From Rhizodiscina lignyota (lineage: Eukaryota), in the NCBI GenBank assembly GCA_010015805.1, contig ML978134.1, positions 310,001-374,000 of the forward strand: 64,000 nucleotides of DNA, written 5' to 3'. Below are positions 12,643 through 23,982 of this stretch, in pieces. The notes below the pieces were generated by a model, which had not been told where the DNA came from, did not search any database, and saw only the letters and a program-made list of their open reading frames with translations. The position numbers and the translations under genes were made by a program. How positions within the stretch are numbered: position 1 is the first letter of the stretch; every line of letters starts with the position of its first letter.

Positions 12643-12916
12643 TAGACAGCAGCGGATCATTGAAAAACTTGCACACTTTGTTAATTACAGAGGCCACACA
12701 CTATTGCCGTCCAGCGGTTGAAAGCTGAGGCCAACTTTTTCGTCACCCTCGACTCTCAATGCGGTGGATCGGCGAACGTCTTGGAGGTCTTGGCGCGCTG
12801 CAAGCCACCCACAGCACGACCCACAATATGCCACAATGGAGCTGAGCTCTGCTGTGCCAGCCCCCTCTACCAAGACGCCGTCGATGAAACTCTAATAAAT
12901 TCCAGCTCAGGTCAGT

Positions 12917-14416
12917 ATGTCTTCCTTTCTACCACGCTTCAGTTTCTTCAATTCCACATCCCCAAAGCTCGACCGCAGCATGGCCCCGCCATTGACCGTC
13001 CGCAACCTCACTTCCACCGCGATCGAGCTCAAGCTCATCGAGCGCTACGAGTCGCCCACCGCCCATGAGCCAGAGGCCGCCCAGGGCCTGGGCAATTTCA
13101 CACGCAACCTGACGAATCTCGTCGCTAACACCACCAATCTCCAGATCGCCGAACCGTCTGCGCCGAAGCTTGCTGAGAACGCGAAGAGCTTCGCACACCA
13201 GGATGTCTCGATTCGGATCGACGCGTTTGCGAGCAAGAAGACGGACATCAAGGCCACCGAGCGCTCGAACACCGAGATTCTGCGAGTGACGATTGAGTCG
13301 GAGGGGCAGAAATACAGAATCGACACGCCGAGTCCCAAAGACGAAAGCCAGACCTTCACACCGCTCGCACAAAATGCAAAGCATGCCTATACAGGCATCT
13401 TCCTCCCTGCCACCACGCACCTTACCATCTTCTCCTCCGCGAACCTCAACTGCTGGATGAAAGAGCTGAAGAATGAGACACCGCTCTCCGCCCTGTCCAT
13501 ACCCGGCACGCACAATTCGCCCACATGCCACCGCGCCCTACCATCAGTGCGGTGCCAGGCCGTCTCTCCTCGGGAACAGCTCGACAATGGTGTGCGCTTC
13601 TTCGACATCAGAGTGCAGCCTGAGTCGCCGCAGGACGCGAAGAAGGACGGGCTGATACTGGTACACAGCGTGTTCCCGATCAGCCTGACGGGGAACAAGT
13701 ACTTCCGCGACCTTATCAACGAGGTCGAAGACTTCCTGCAGCGTAATCCCTCCGAGACCGTCATAATAAGCCTGAAGCGCGAAGGCCCAGGCGAGGCGAC
13801 GGACCAACAACTCAGTCGTATACTGCACGATCACTATGCGAACGACAGCAAGAAGTGGTTCACGGAGCCGCGGATCCCCAGATTGGGGGAGGCGAGGGGC
13901 AAGATCGTGCTATTTAGACGCTTTGTCCTTGACGATGCGCAGAAGAAGGAGCACGGCGGGAAGGGATGGGGCATCAATGCGGAATCTTGGGCGGATAATA
14001 CACCCAACAACACGCACGATCAGGTCTGCGTGCAGGACTTCTACGAGGTGCTCGATACCATGAACATCGACAAGAAGATCAAGTATGCAGAGGACCACCT
14101 GCTGCGCTCCGGCTCGGCCGTGTGTCCCGTTGGCCAGGGGCACCCCGAAGGGAAGCCTGGGCTGTTGTACGTCAATTTCTTGAGCGCGAGTAATTTCTGG
14201 AAGGTCGGTTGCTGGCCGGACAAGATCGCGGCGAAGATGAATCCGGCCATGGTGCAGTTCTTGTGTGAAAAAGATATCAGCGGGGAGCATGGGAAGGGCG
14301 ATGGATGCACGGGCGTGGTGGTGTGCGATTGGGTTGGGGATCGCGGGGATTGGGATTTAGTGAGATGTATTGTGGGGATGAATGGGAAGCTGGAGATGAG
14401 GGAGAAGAGGAGGTAG
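12917..14416 (+). CDS. Phosphatidylinositol-specific phospholipase C, bacterial/PLC-X type
   Basis: Intronless ORF with LSIPGTHNS, CQ..S.REQLDNGVRFFDIR, LVH, PSETVIISLKREG, PRLGEARGKIVLFRR, VQDFYE. The start could instead be the downstream MAPPLTVRN. Confidence 0.92.
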   Translation: MSSFLPRFSFFNSTSPKLDRSMAPPLTVRNLTSTAIELKLIERYESPTAHEPEAAQGLGNFTRNLTNLVANTTNLQIAEPSAPKLAENAKSFAHQDVSIRIDAFASKKTDIKATERSNTEILRVTIESEGQKYRIDTPSPKDESQTFTPLAQNAKHAYTGIFLPATTHLTIFSSANLNCWMKELKNETPLSALSIPGTHNSPTCHRALPSVRCQAVSPREQLDNGVRFFDIRVQPESPQDAKKDGLILVHSVFPISLTGNKYFRDLINEVEDFLQRNPSETVIISLKREGPGEATDQQLSRILHDHYANDSKKWFTEPRIPRLGEARGKIVLFRRFVLDDAQKKEHGGKGWGINAESWADNTPNNTHDQVCVQDFYEVLDTMNIDKKIKYAEDHLLRSGSAVCPVGQGHPEGKPGLLYVNFLSASNFWKVGCWPDKIAAKMNPAMVQFLCEKDISGEHGKGDGCTGVVVCDWVGDRGDWDLVRCIVGMNGKLEMREKRR

Positions 14417-14675
14417 TGTAGAGAGAATTGTTTATATGGGATGAGACTAATGTAAACCTCCTAGAGACTGGGAATGGACATAGTTCTTGGAGTCGCCAGT
14501 TGGTGTATTAGAATCCAAAAACAGATATATAGAGAAGTGTTCTCTCTCCCTAACTACTTGACTGTCATATCCCAATCGAGTCGTATGCCCGCGCGTAACC
14601 AAGCTGTTCCATGACCTGAGTCTGTTTAGATGATTTTGACCGCGAACTGCCTCTCTGTCCTGACTAGCATGGTGT

Positions 14676-15640
14676 TCAAACCCTGAGGAAATGGTGTTTG
14701 CCATCAGCACCCTTGTACGGGTGATAACCTATCTGTCCTTCAGATTCCCAGAGGCGCAAGATGCAATCGTCGCAGTTAAATGCTCCGCGGGGTGAGGAGT
14801 CCACAACATCCCAGACCAATCCATCGCTGACGTCGTACTCATCTATGAGGTAATGCTTGTGGCAGCTCTTGCATTCTATCCGATTGATGAGTGGCAGAGA
14901 CGTGCGTCGGAACTCAAGTGGATCTCGGCCCATAGCTACTACGACGTCGCTTGCAAAGTCTGCATGCCTCTTCACTGCTTCACCGAGGGCGTGGTGTGCC
15001 TCATCGCGAATATGCCGCGATATCACGTCGAGTTTGGGGAGTAGTGCGTACTCTCTCGCAATAGCGTTTGTGATCGGATCTCTCAGGCGTCTATCCTCTT
15101 GCGGAAGAGCGTCGTAGATGGTGGGGATCTGGTTGAGCATCTCGTCCATGCATTCCGTGTATCGCATCTGGAAGAGCTCGTAGCGGAACTCCTTGACAGC
15201 GCATCCAATGAGCTCTTTGACTTGGTATTTATCCGCAATGCCCGCTAAAGCTGCGTAGAATCCAAGCTTAGACACGGCCAATGGCAGGTCGAGCATGTCG
15301 GGCACGTCGGCAGAGCCAGTGTACATGAATTGCAGCATGCTATCGACCAACCAGATGTCATCGTCGCTCAGATCGATTTCGTTTGCGAATTCTTCCTAGT
15401 GGTATGTAAGCCAATATATAGACAACAATCATAATATAACCACCTTAAAGCCTCCTTCACAAGCGTTACGGAAGTAGTCAGACCTGGCACTGATGATCAC
15501 TTTGTGCACTTTGAAGGCTCTGCTCAGACAGCGAACTGTGAAATCCGAATGCATCGCATTGTTGAAGTAGCTAAGCGATAGATTAGCACTGTTGGACACT
15601 GCCGTAGAATGCGCACTGTTACTCACCTGCCGAGCGACAT
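14676..15640 (-). CDS. BTB/POZ-domain protein with C-terminal CxxC..CxxC module (paralog 3)
   Basis: ATG at 15640, introns 15571-15626 and 15396-15443. Gives MSLGSYFNNAMHSDFTVRCLSRAFKVHKVIISARSDYFRNACEGGFKEEFANEIDLSDDDIWLVDSMLQFMYTG. C-terminus has CKSC...CDDC. Confidence 0.9.
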
Positions 15641-15944
15641 CTTTGCAAATTCTGTTATTTCAGAGACCCACTCAAGGAATAGGTGTCTGGCCAAGTTATG
15701 AACGAAGAGGAAAAGAAAAGCTCCTGGAGAAAGAAAATAACTATAGGTCTTTCTGTGTTTGGCACTGAGTGTGTTAGAGCACGTGCCTACGAGATGGTGT
15801 TGAGAGAGATATCGCACATCTGCCTGAAAGTGTCGAATGGTGTCGAATGAGGTAAGAAAAGCGTATGTAACTACCTTCACTCTCTACCTTCACTCTCGAA
15901 GCAAGGATAAGTTCTATATTTTTTTTCTCCTGCTTGTATTATAT

Positions 15945-17836
15945 CTATTTTGGTCGGTTCCCTTCTTCTTTCTTCACAGTTTCCTCTCCACGCTCATCAA
16001 CAATCACGTTGCGGAGATCGACCTTGCGAAACATGACATGAAAGTTTACACCCTTCAGCCACTCCCACTCTTGCACAAACATCTCGTTGAAAGTGTAACC
16101 CAATGTCGGCAGCGCAATCACATCTCCCACTTCTGACAAATCCGACTTTGGTGTTTCGAGGTGCTCTTCTTTCGACGACGGACTGCTCGCTTTTGCGATC
16201 ACAGGGAGGGAGAAGCGCTGATTTCCAGGAGCAAGACGACGAAGATCTGACTCAATAGCCGCCCACATCGTCTCAGGGATCTCCTTGTCGGCTACTCTGG
16301 TGCGCAGTCGCGCCAGATCTTGCTCCGTCGCGAAGCGGACAATGAGTTGCGCCTCAACAGGTTTCGGCGATCGGAGATGAATCCAGAAGCGATTGTCAAA
16401 CAATACATCTTGGTGCTTTTGATCAAGCATCCTGACACGCTTCCTCTGAACTTCTTTGGATGGGCGCTGTCGCCATATTTGCCATTGTCCGTGGCCTATT
16501 TGGCAAAATTGCAACCCAGCGCAAGTGAACGACATCAGCTGTTCTCTGGTCCGGTCGTGGTTGTATTGGAGTCCATGAGGATCCATCCCCCAGACTGCGG
16601 CTTGGAGGGGGTCTAGTGACACCGTCTCTTGTGGTGTAATCATAGAAACGACGCGCCGCACGAATTCAGCATCCAGAACCGGAGGATCTGCACCAGTTGC
16701 ATGTGGCGCAAGTTTCTTCTGCAGGCCTCGAAGGATCTGGGTGTCCGGCAAGTTAACAGTCAACGATCCGCATCTCGGCTCCAATCTGATGACACAGTTG
16801 TCCAGAATAAGTTGCACCATTTTAGCCTCGTGCGCTCTCCTTTCAGCATTTCGATCAGCCAGTTGTAGCAATGCCGGTTTCTGCAGTGCACTTGGCAGTT
16901 CGCAAGCCTTGAAGATGTAACGTATGGCATTCCTTCTTGTTAAAGTTGGATCCACATTCGTTCCATCCTCAACGTAGGCAGCTTGGTGATGCTTGCAGGT
17001 TGCGATAAGTCTCTCCTTGCTGAAGGGCAGTAAGGGTCGGCCAATCTGTATTCCACCAGTTGCGAAAGCCAGTTGATTGCCGACCTTCGTTGTCTGCAAT
17101 CGGGGAGGTGATAATGACGTCTTTCCATCTCCAATTTCACTCTCATGCACGCCGTATATACCATGGCACTCTGGTATATTGGAAACGGACGACATTCTGT
17201 GAAGGCCGAGGCGGCTTGAGCCATACGCAATCCGGCCAAAGATTGACTCTGCATCATCGTCTTCGTGGTGTCCAAGAAGGAGCTTCTGTGTCCCCGAATC
17301 TCGACAAGCAATACCTAATGCCTGATATCGCATATTCCGAGCTACTGATTCGAAATTGGGCAAACTATTCCTCTCATCTGGCGCCAGGCTGGACGACCAC
17401 TGTAAGGTTAATTTGCTACCACTTATCCCTGCAGAGGCCAATCAGTTTACACCATTAAATATCGACACTCTCATTTATACCAAGTTCGTTTTTCAGCCAT
17501 TTGAGAACACCGTTGGCTTCTTCTTTGCTGCCTTCCCGAGCTCCATGGTCAACGATGAAGGCGGTAATGTTTTCAGGACGAATTTGCGGTAGCGAATTTC
17601 GTACCAGAAACGCAAGTGCAATTGAATCTGGGCCACCGCTAACCGCCAGGCCTATTGTAGGGAAATAAGCTATGAGCGTAATATGTGGATATGTCTTCCT
17701 TACCTATTCTTTCATCTTCGATCCGACGTATGCTGTTCGACCATGGCAGGCGATCATAAGCCCGTTTAAACTCATCACTCGTGATATGTTTAGCTTTGAG
17801 GCTTCGAGAAATGACTCCTCCGATCACTTTTGTCAT
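15945..17836 (-). CDS. tilS: TilS/MesJ-like PP-loop ATPase (tRNA-Ile lysidine synthetase homolog), probably mitochondrial
   Basis: Three exons. The middle exon (~17481-17651) encodes GLAVSGGPDSIALA...IVDHGARE. The last exon has ARNMRY, LLLGHHEDD, RPLL, EDGTN...RRNAIR. Basic N-terminus. Confidence 0.88.
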
Positions 17837-18040
17837 TCCACAATAGGTCAAAAGACATCTTCAAGTCGCTTGAAGCTCTCTTAGGGGCACGGGAGTTTCT
17901 ACCCTTTTCGATGAGGCTTTCGCCGAGATTTAGCCGACCTCGGAACTCTCTGCAGAAAACTTTCTGAAGCTTTCTCTCCAAGCAATTCACGATACCATAC
18001 CCCCATTCACCGAAATAAGACCTCGAATCCTATTCGCAAA

Positions 18041-18526
18041 ATGGTAATACCTCCAGACTGAACCCAGTATTCGTTCACACTGCTCATAAGCTATAGACAA
18101 CCGCTCTCAGGTCCATCAAGTCCCTTGCGCCGCTCCTCGACCGCGTCCTCGTGCAGCGCATAAAGGCCGAGGCAAAGACTACGGGTGGCATCTTCCTGCC
18201 AGAGAGTGCGGTTAAGGAGCTGAACGAGGCGAAAGTGCTGGCAGTTGGGCCTGGTGGATTGGACAAGGACGGCAAGAGGATAGCATGCGGCGTGAAGCCA
18301 GGTGACAAGGTCCTGATTCCGCAGGTAAGAAGCTCGGTGTGATAGTGTAAGAGAGAATGGAAGCTAATGATGAATTTTATAGTACGGTGGAAGCCCAATT
18401 AAAGTGCAAGAGGAAGAGTATCATCTTTTCAGGGACCACGAGTATGTAACCTAACGCTTTCACCTGCATACAACTTTGAGCAGCAGTGCTGACCTTTGCA
18501 GGATCCTGGCCAAGATAAACGAGTAA
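18041..18526 (+). CDS. HSP10: Mitochondrial co-chaperonin Cpn10/Hsp10
   Basis: Exons 18041-18043 (ATG only), ~18097-18324, 18383-18441, 18502-18526. SIKSLAPLLDRVLVQRIKAEAKTTGGIFLPE...VLAVGPG...PQYGGSPIKVQEEEYHLFRDHEILAKINE. Confidence 0.97.
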
Positions 18527-19198
18527 ACGTGGAACCTCTCTCATATGGCGAATTAAATCCTCGACCGTCCTCATCCAATGTAAACCTATATCTCGTGTAC
18601 ACTTGCATACCGGCGTCTGCGCTTGCTGCATCTAAGCGATTTGGGATTACGTTCGGCACTGGTGTAGATATTGTAAACCACGAATAAGAATACTCTCTAC
18701 TCTGCACAAACTCAAGATCACAGTTTTCCAGACAGGAATATCATAGTCCCCAGTGCGAATCGTTTGAAGTAAACTCTCCATGGAACAGTTACAGACACGA
18801 AAATCCTGCCCTTAGGCCAAGCACAATGGAAGGTGTCACCAATTGAAGCAGAACCGGCTCGCGTCCAAACATGCTACGATCTATCTCGCATGCCTAGCTA
18901 CTACCCACGTGGCACGAATACGGAGCCGGTAAACATGACAAAAAGCGCGGGAACGTAGAGAAAGCCAGACTGACTTCACAACTCTACTTCTCTATTGCGT
19001 TTTCGTAACAGCAAAGGAGTGGTAACGCCAACTTTGTTTTCGTAGCATCCCAAAAAGTTCCCTCACCTCATCAAATGCTCGACAAGTGCATTAGTAAAGC
19101 AAATCGTGCAAACGCCGTCAATCATAAAGGCCATCCTTCTGCACACAGCGCCTCTTCAAATCCCGGATAATATCTTCTCCTGCTGTCATCGACAGCTC

Positions 19199-21710
19199 TC
19201 AATACCCCCTACCATATGGTCCCGTAGCATTGGGATTCCAGTTTCCAAAGTCCCCTTCTTGTGGCTGCTGCTGGTATCCTTGCTGATAACCACCCTGATA
19301 CGCATACTGATCCTGCTGTGGTGCAGCTTGCGCATATCCCTCTGGCTGTCCATACTGGTATGGCTGCGGTGTATGACCCGTGTAAGGTTGAGCGCCCGAG
19401 TAAGATTGATCATACTGCTGTCCTGGGGCCAGACCTCCAGACGGATCGTACGGCGCAGCACCGCCTTCAGCGAAATCATCAATGTCGCGCTTGGTGCTGA
19501 GGAAGTTGAACGGCGAGCTTGAATTTTTGTTTCCGCCACTAAAGAAGGACAAAGGATTGCTGCTCGATCCGTGGCTGCCTCCGCCAAGAAGAGAGGCAAG
19601 TGGGTTGCCGCTCGATCCTCCGCCGTGACCTAGAAGACCTCCGGCCATTGTGTGCTGTCCACCGCCTTGCTGCTGTGCTTGCTGAATAAACGCCATTCCT
19701 GGTTCCAGAGATTCCTGGATGTTGGCACCGATGTGGTTCTTTCCCGCTTTAACGCTTTCGGAGCTCAGAATGACGTTCAGGTCGGTGCTTCCAGACTTGC
19801 GCTCGTGCACCCAACGCTCCACAACTTGGAACATGTTGCGGTGACACTCGTTGTTCATGTCACGGAGAGCAGGGTGGTGAAAGATACGCGCAACGTCGTT
19901 AAGGACCTGGTCGACTGGTATATCTGGGTTCTGCCATGCGTAGATTACGCGTGGAGCAGTGTATTGAAGGATTGATGCAGCAACTTTGCCGGCAGGCTCG
20001 TTGAGAATGTTGCTGAAATGATCCTTTGAGAGGAGAGAATGCGTCGGGTCGGTACAGTTTGGGTCGTCCCACGGCCCGTACTGGGCCTTTGCGCTGGCAT
20101 TGACGACAGTAGAGCTGCCCGTCTTTAAACTGTTGGATGCCGCGGCGATGAGTGGCCGCACGAATGGCGCGAGCAATGAGAAGACAAAGACGGAAAGACG
20201 CTCGGAAATTTGCTCAACGAGAGACTCAAGTCCAGGAATCTTGGAGATGACTGCGCTGATTGCCCGAACCACTTTGTCACGGAATGCAAGGATAGGATAT
20301 ATCTTTGGGACAATGGTTGTAGGATCCAAATTGGGGTTCATGCCAGGTATGCCAGGAGCTGGAGGTCCACCAACGGAGCCCGGTGGCCCAGCAAAGGCTG
20401 GCGCTTGCTGCGTCGCATCTGTTCGAGTGGCACTGTACGGATCAACGCCTCCGCCAGAACCGTCTCGTTGTGTATTGTAGTTCATCGCTGCCTGCTGATC
20501 AGACATGGCTTGGAGAGATTGGGCTTCTTGACATAGACCCCCTGCTCCCGGAACCTTGGATAGCACAGACGTTAAAGCGTCGCAGTTAGTCTCGCCGCCA
20601 ATTGACTTCTTGTTGTCGGCGGCGGCAGAGGCGTTGCCCAGGGCCACATTGAGATTGTCCACCTCTGACTGACTGACTTCTGATTGCGTAAAATGGTCGG
20701 TTGCTTCTCCCAGGACGGAATGAAGGAAATCGACTCCTCCGAAGGTACCAGTGACGAGTGGAAAGACGTGCTTTCCCTGAATATTCATCATCGTGTTTGT
20801 GCCAGTGTGAGGAAAGACATTGCTGAAACCCAGCTCCCGCAACGCCAGCTCCGTATAGTTGGTGTGCGCACCGAAATCTTCGAGACAGTGGAGGCCTTGA
20901 CCAAGACAACGCATGGCTTCGCAAAGATCTTCGTCACGGCCGGAGCTCGAGCCGCTGGTATAAACGCGGCCGAAATGGATACTTCGCTGGAAGCTATATT
21001 TGATATAGCCAGAGCTTGTCGCCCATCCTCCCTGTTCATTGGATATGTAATTTTTCATACCTTCGAATGTTAGCTAAGAATATCGTACTCCAGTAGGTAA
21101 GATTATGCACCTGTATATGGGTCTATAGCGAGTTCCTCGGGCATCACTGGTCCCCTCAACCTCTGATCATATTGTCTCGCATCCACGTTGTCTGCATAGT
21201 CCTTTATGAAGGTGAGCAAATAAATTGAAACTTACGAATTCAGATCTTACCTTGGGATTATCAATATGCTCTTCCGGGCGGTAGACACCAAGTCTGTCGG
21301 CGGTGACTTCAAACTCCTCCGTCGCATACCCAAAGCTCATGAATGCAAGAATCCATACGAGAATCCTAATTGTCTCTGCCTGAACACCCTTAAGTGTACC
21401 CACGTCCACAGCTTGAGAGTAGTCACGCAACCAGTTGCCGAAATAGACACGCTTGATCATCATGGAGGTCCACTTCTTGCCTCTGAGGAAGGCGACCGTT
21501 TTGAGGAAGTCCTCAATATCCTAGAAATCGTACATAAGTATGCTATCTTTCCGATCAAAGTACAACTGGCCTTACTCCATGGCGAAAATTCTGGCCTTCA
21601 ACCTTAGATATCGATGCAATATTGCCTGCGCCGAAAGCAGCGGTGGGCGAAGGAAGCAGGGCGAGCACCAAAAGCCCGACGAGAAGGATGTATGTAAATC
21701 TCGACGCCAT
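19199..21710 (-). CDS. het-c: Heterokaryon incompatibility protein HET-C homolog
   Basis: Signal peptide MASRFTYILLVGLLVLALLPSPTAA, then FGAGNIASIS, RVYFGNWLRDYSQAVDVG, YRPEEHIDNPK, LHCLEDFGAHTNYTELAL, VTGTFGGVDFLHS, DPTHSLLSKDHF. Gly/Gln/Tyr-rich tail; three introns. Confidence 0.96.
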
Positions 21711-22681
21711 GCTGTAGGAGAGACAGTTGTTTCAGGGCAAATGCAATGATTGACTTGAAGAGAAGAACTCTCCTTGTGGTGTTGATATATGCCTAGCTTG
21801 ATATCACACGTGAGTGCTCAAACTGAGCTGAAATTCGTGGCTGCGCTGCGGTAAGATGATGCAACCCTCTTCGTGTGTGGCTGTGCCCAACCAACCTCCC
21901 ACTTTTCCAAGCTTTCAAAAAACCAACATGGGAAACAATGCGAGCTTTCAACACGAATCCTACGAGCCCCGGTATCCACTAGGTCAAATCGAGTTAAAGA
22001 GCGCGATATACCGCTGTATATAGGTAGTAAAGCGGATAACTGAGGCTCTCCCCTCCTCGTTGAACCGACTGAAGGCAACATAAGACAAGACGAAGATCCC
22101 ATCATTTGTATCTCCAACCTCGAAAATATGAAAGATCCGTATTTGCAAACATTAATTAGATTCTTCGCTGTTCCACGTATGATGCTAGAGCTGCCATATT
22201 CAGGAAGAGCGCGATTGTTAGATAGGGTGAATACTTTACAAGGAATCTCAGTATCCAGCAGTATTGACCGATGTAGTTCGAGACTCGAAAGCGATCGTAT
22301 CGTTGCTAAGACGCGATCGCCTTTGCGTAGATCAGGTGGCGAACATTGCACACACTCCGGGGACAATTGAACGGTCTCCGACCAACACTTGAAGTTCTAT
22401 ACTACTCAACGCTTCCGACCTTTATGGAACAGCCTACAGGAGGGTTCACTGCAGCTCCTGCTAGACGGTGGCAATCACGGAAAGGGCTGGAATCTCAAAT
22501 GAGATATTAACATGAGATTTCGTTTGCTCCCGCTGTCGTTGAAGCAAACATATCCCTACAATTCACGACTCTAATCGTGTGCTGCCCTTTTTGTGCCAGC
22601 GACAGCCCATCTATTTGGAAACGCACGCGTCGCACCAAATAAAAAGCATCGTCCATCTATATCCGGCGCTCCGTTGACCGC

Positions 22682-23982
22682 TTAATCGCATTCCCAGCAG
22701 AAATACTCCTTCCCTTCAATGCCCAAGACGGTACAGCTTCGTCCATCGAAGCCACTCACGTTCACTGCTATCCAGCCACTAGTGTTCGCCGCCCTCAGTG
22801 CCAAAAGGAAGATATCAAGCACCGCCTTCGTGGAGGCGAAGCTATGCCACCGTAGCTTCACGACCGATGTGGGTCCATTCTCCTGCTCAATTGGAATATC
22901 ATTCGCACCGATGAGCCGAGGAACCTCATACCGACACAGGAAAGGATCGATCTCATCGCCCGCCCGTATACGTGGCGAGTTGAGCACAACTAGGCCTAGC
23001 CATTCGAACAGTTCTTCGGCGTGGTCTATGCCGATTTTGTTTATCTCGAGAGGCGGAAATGCGGGTATCAAAACACTAGGCATGCGCGTGATTACCGGCT
23101 GGACCTGATATTCGAATGGATGGTGTTTCTTTATTGGCGTATCATCTGAGTTGATTCCATCTTTCGCATTCATGTCGACGAATAGCCATGTAAGCGAAGA
23201 ATTGAGAACGTTCTTGAACGCCCAAACAATGCGCTCAAAGCCTTTCTTGCCGTGCAGCATTGAGGGTAGGCGAAGGTTTAGCTCAACCACTGTACTCCGA
23301 AATTAGCTGTGCAATCAGACAAAACATATCGCAAGGCAGGAGTGAACTGACAGAAACGCTGTTTGGCGTGTTTGCGGCCGCCATCTGGAATGGGACTGCC
23401 AACAAGACCGCAGCGCTCATATGTCGGGCGGTCGAGCTCGAGACGAAGAATACCTATAGTTGCTATCAATCTTTGAACATGGAACGCCAAGTCGAGACTC
23501 GTCAGGTGAGTTGGAAAAAAAGCGTACCGTCTCGTAAAGTAAACAGGTTGTCCACAAGTGCTCGACCTTCTGAGCGCATCAGAATATTCCCTGTAATTCT
23601 AGTCAGAATAAGGATGCCAGCTTAAAGAAAACCATGTAGAACCTACCGGTTTTGATATACACATTGAAGAAATCCCCGGAGATGATGTCGAGCAGAGACA
23701 TGAACACCCTGCTGTACTTGACTGTCACATTTTCGAGCTGCTGCTTCGTGAGCTCATAGACTTCTTCGGGGAGAATCAAGTCAATCTGGAACTAATTAGT
23801 ACTGGATAATCTATGAGGAGATTGCAAAATTTAGGTACCGTGTGTGCGTATGCCAAAGACTGGATTGAACTGAATGGTTGCTTCCCAAGGTTTGGGCTGA
23901 TTTCTTTATCAAGCGACTTCAAACGTGTGCATGAGAAGTAGCATTTCGAGCCTTTAGGCTCGTTCTTAGAAGACTGGAGCAT
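22682..23982 (-). CDS. RPP40: RNase P/MRP 40 kDa subunit (Rpp40) homolog
   Basis: Multi-exon. GILRLELDRPTYERCGLVGSP, VELNLRLPSMLHGKKGFERIVWAFKNVL, EWLGLV.LNSPRI...D.IDPFLCRY. Confidence 0.85.

Noticed and set aside
17837..18040. Heat-shock element upstream of HSP10
   Set aside because: GAA/TTC triplets are present near 17943-17974 but not in canonical nGAAn alternating spacing.
21818..22366. 182-aa ORF between het-c and RPP40
   Set aside because: No motifs or coding-like composition; probably spurious.
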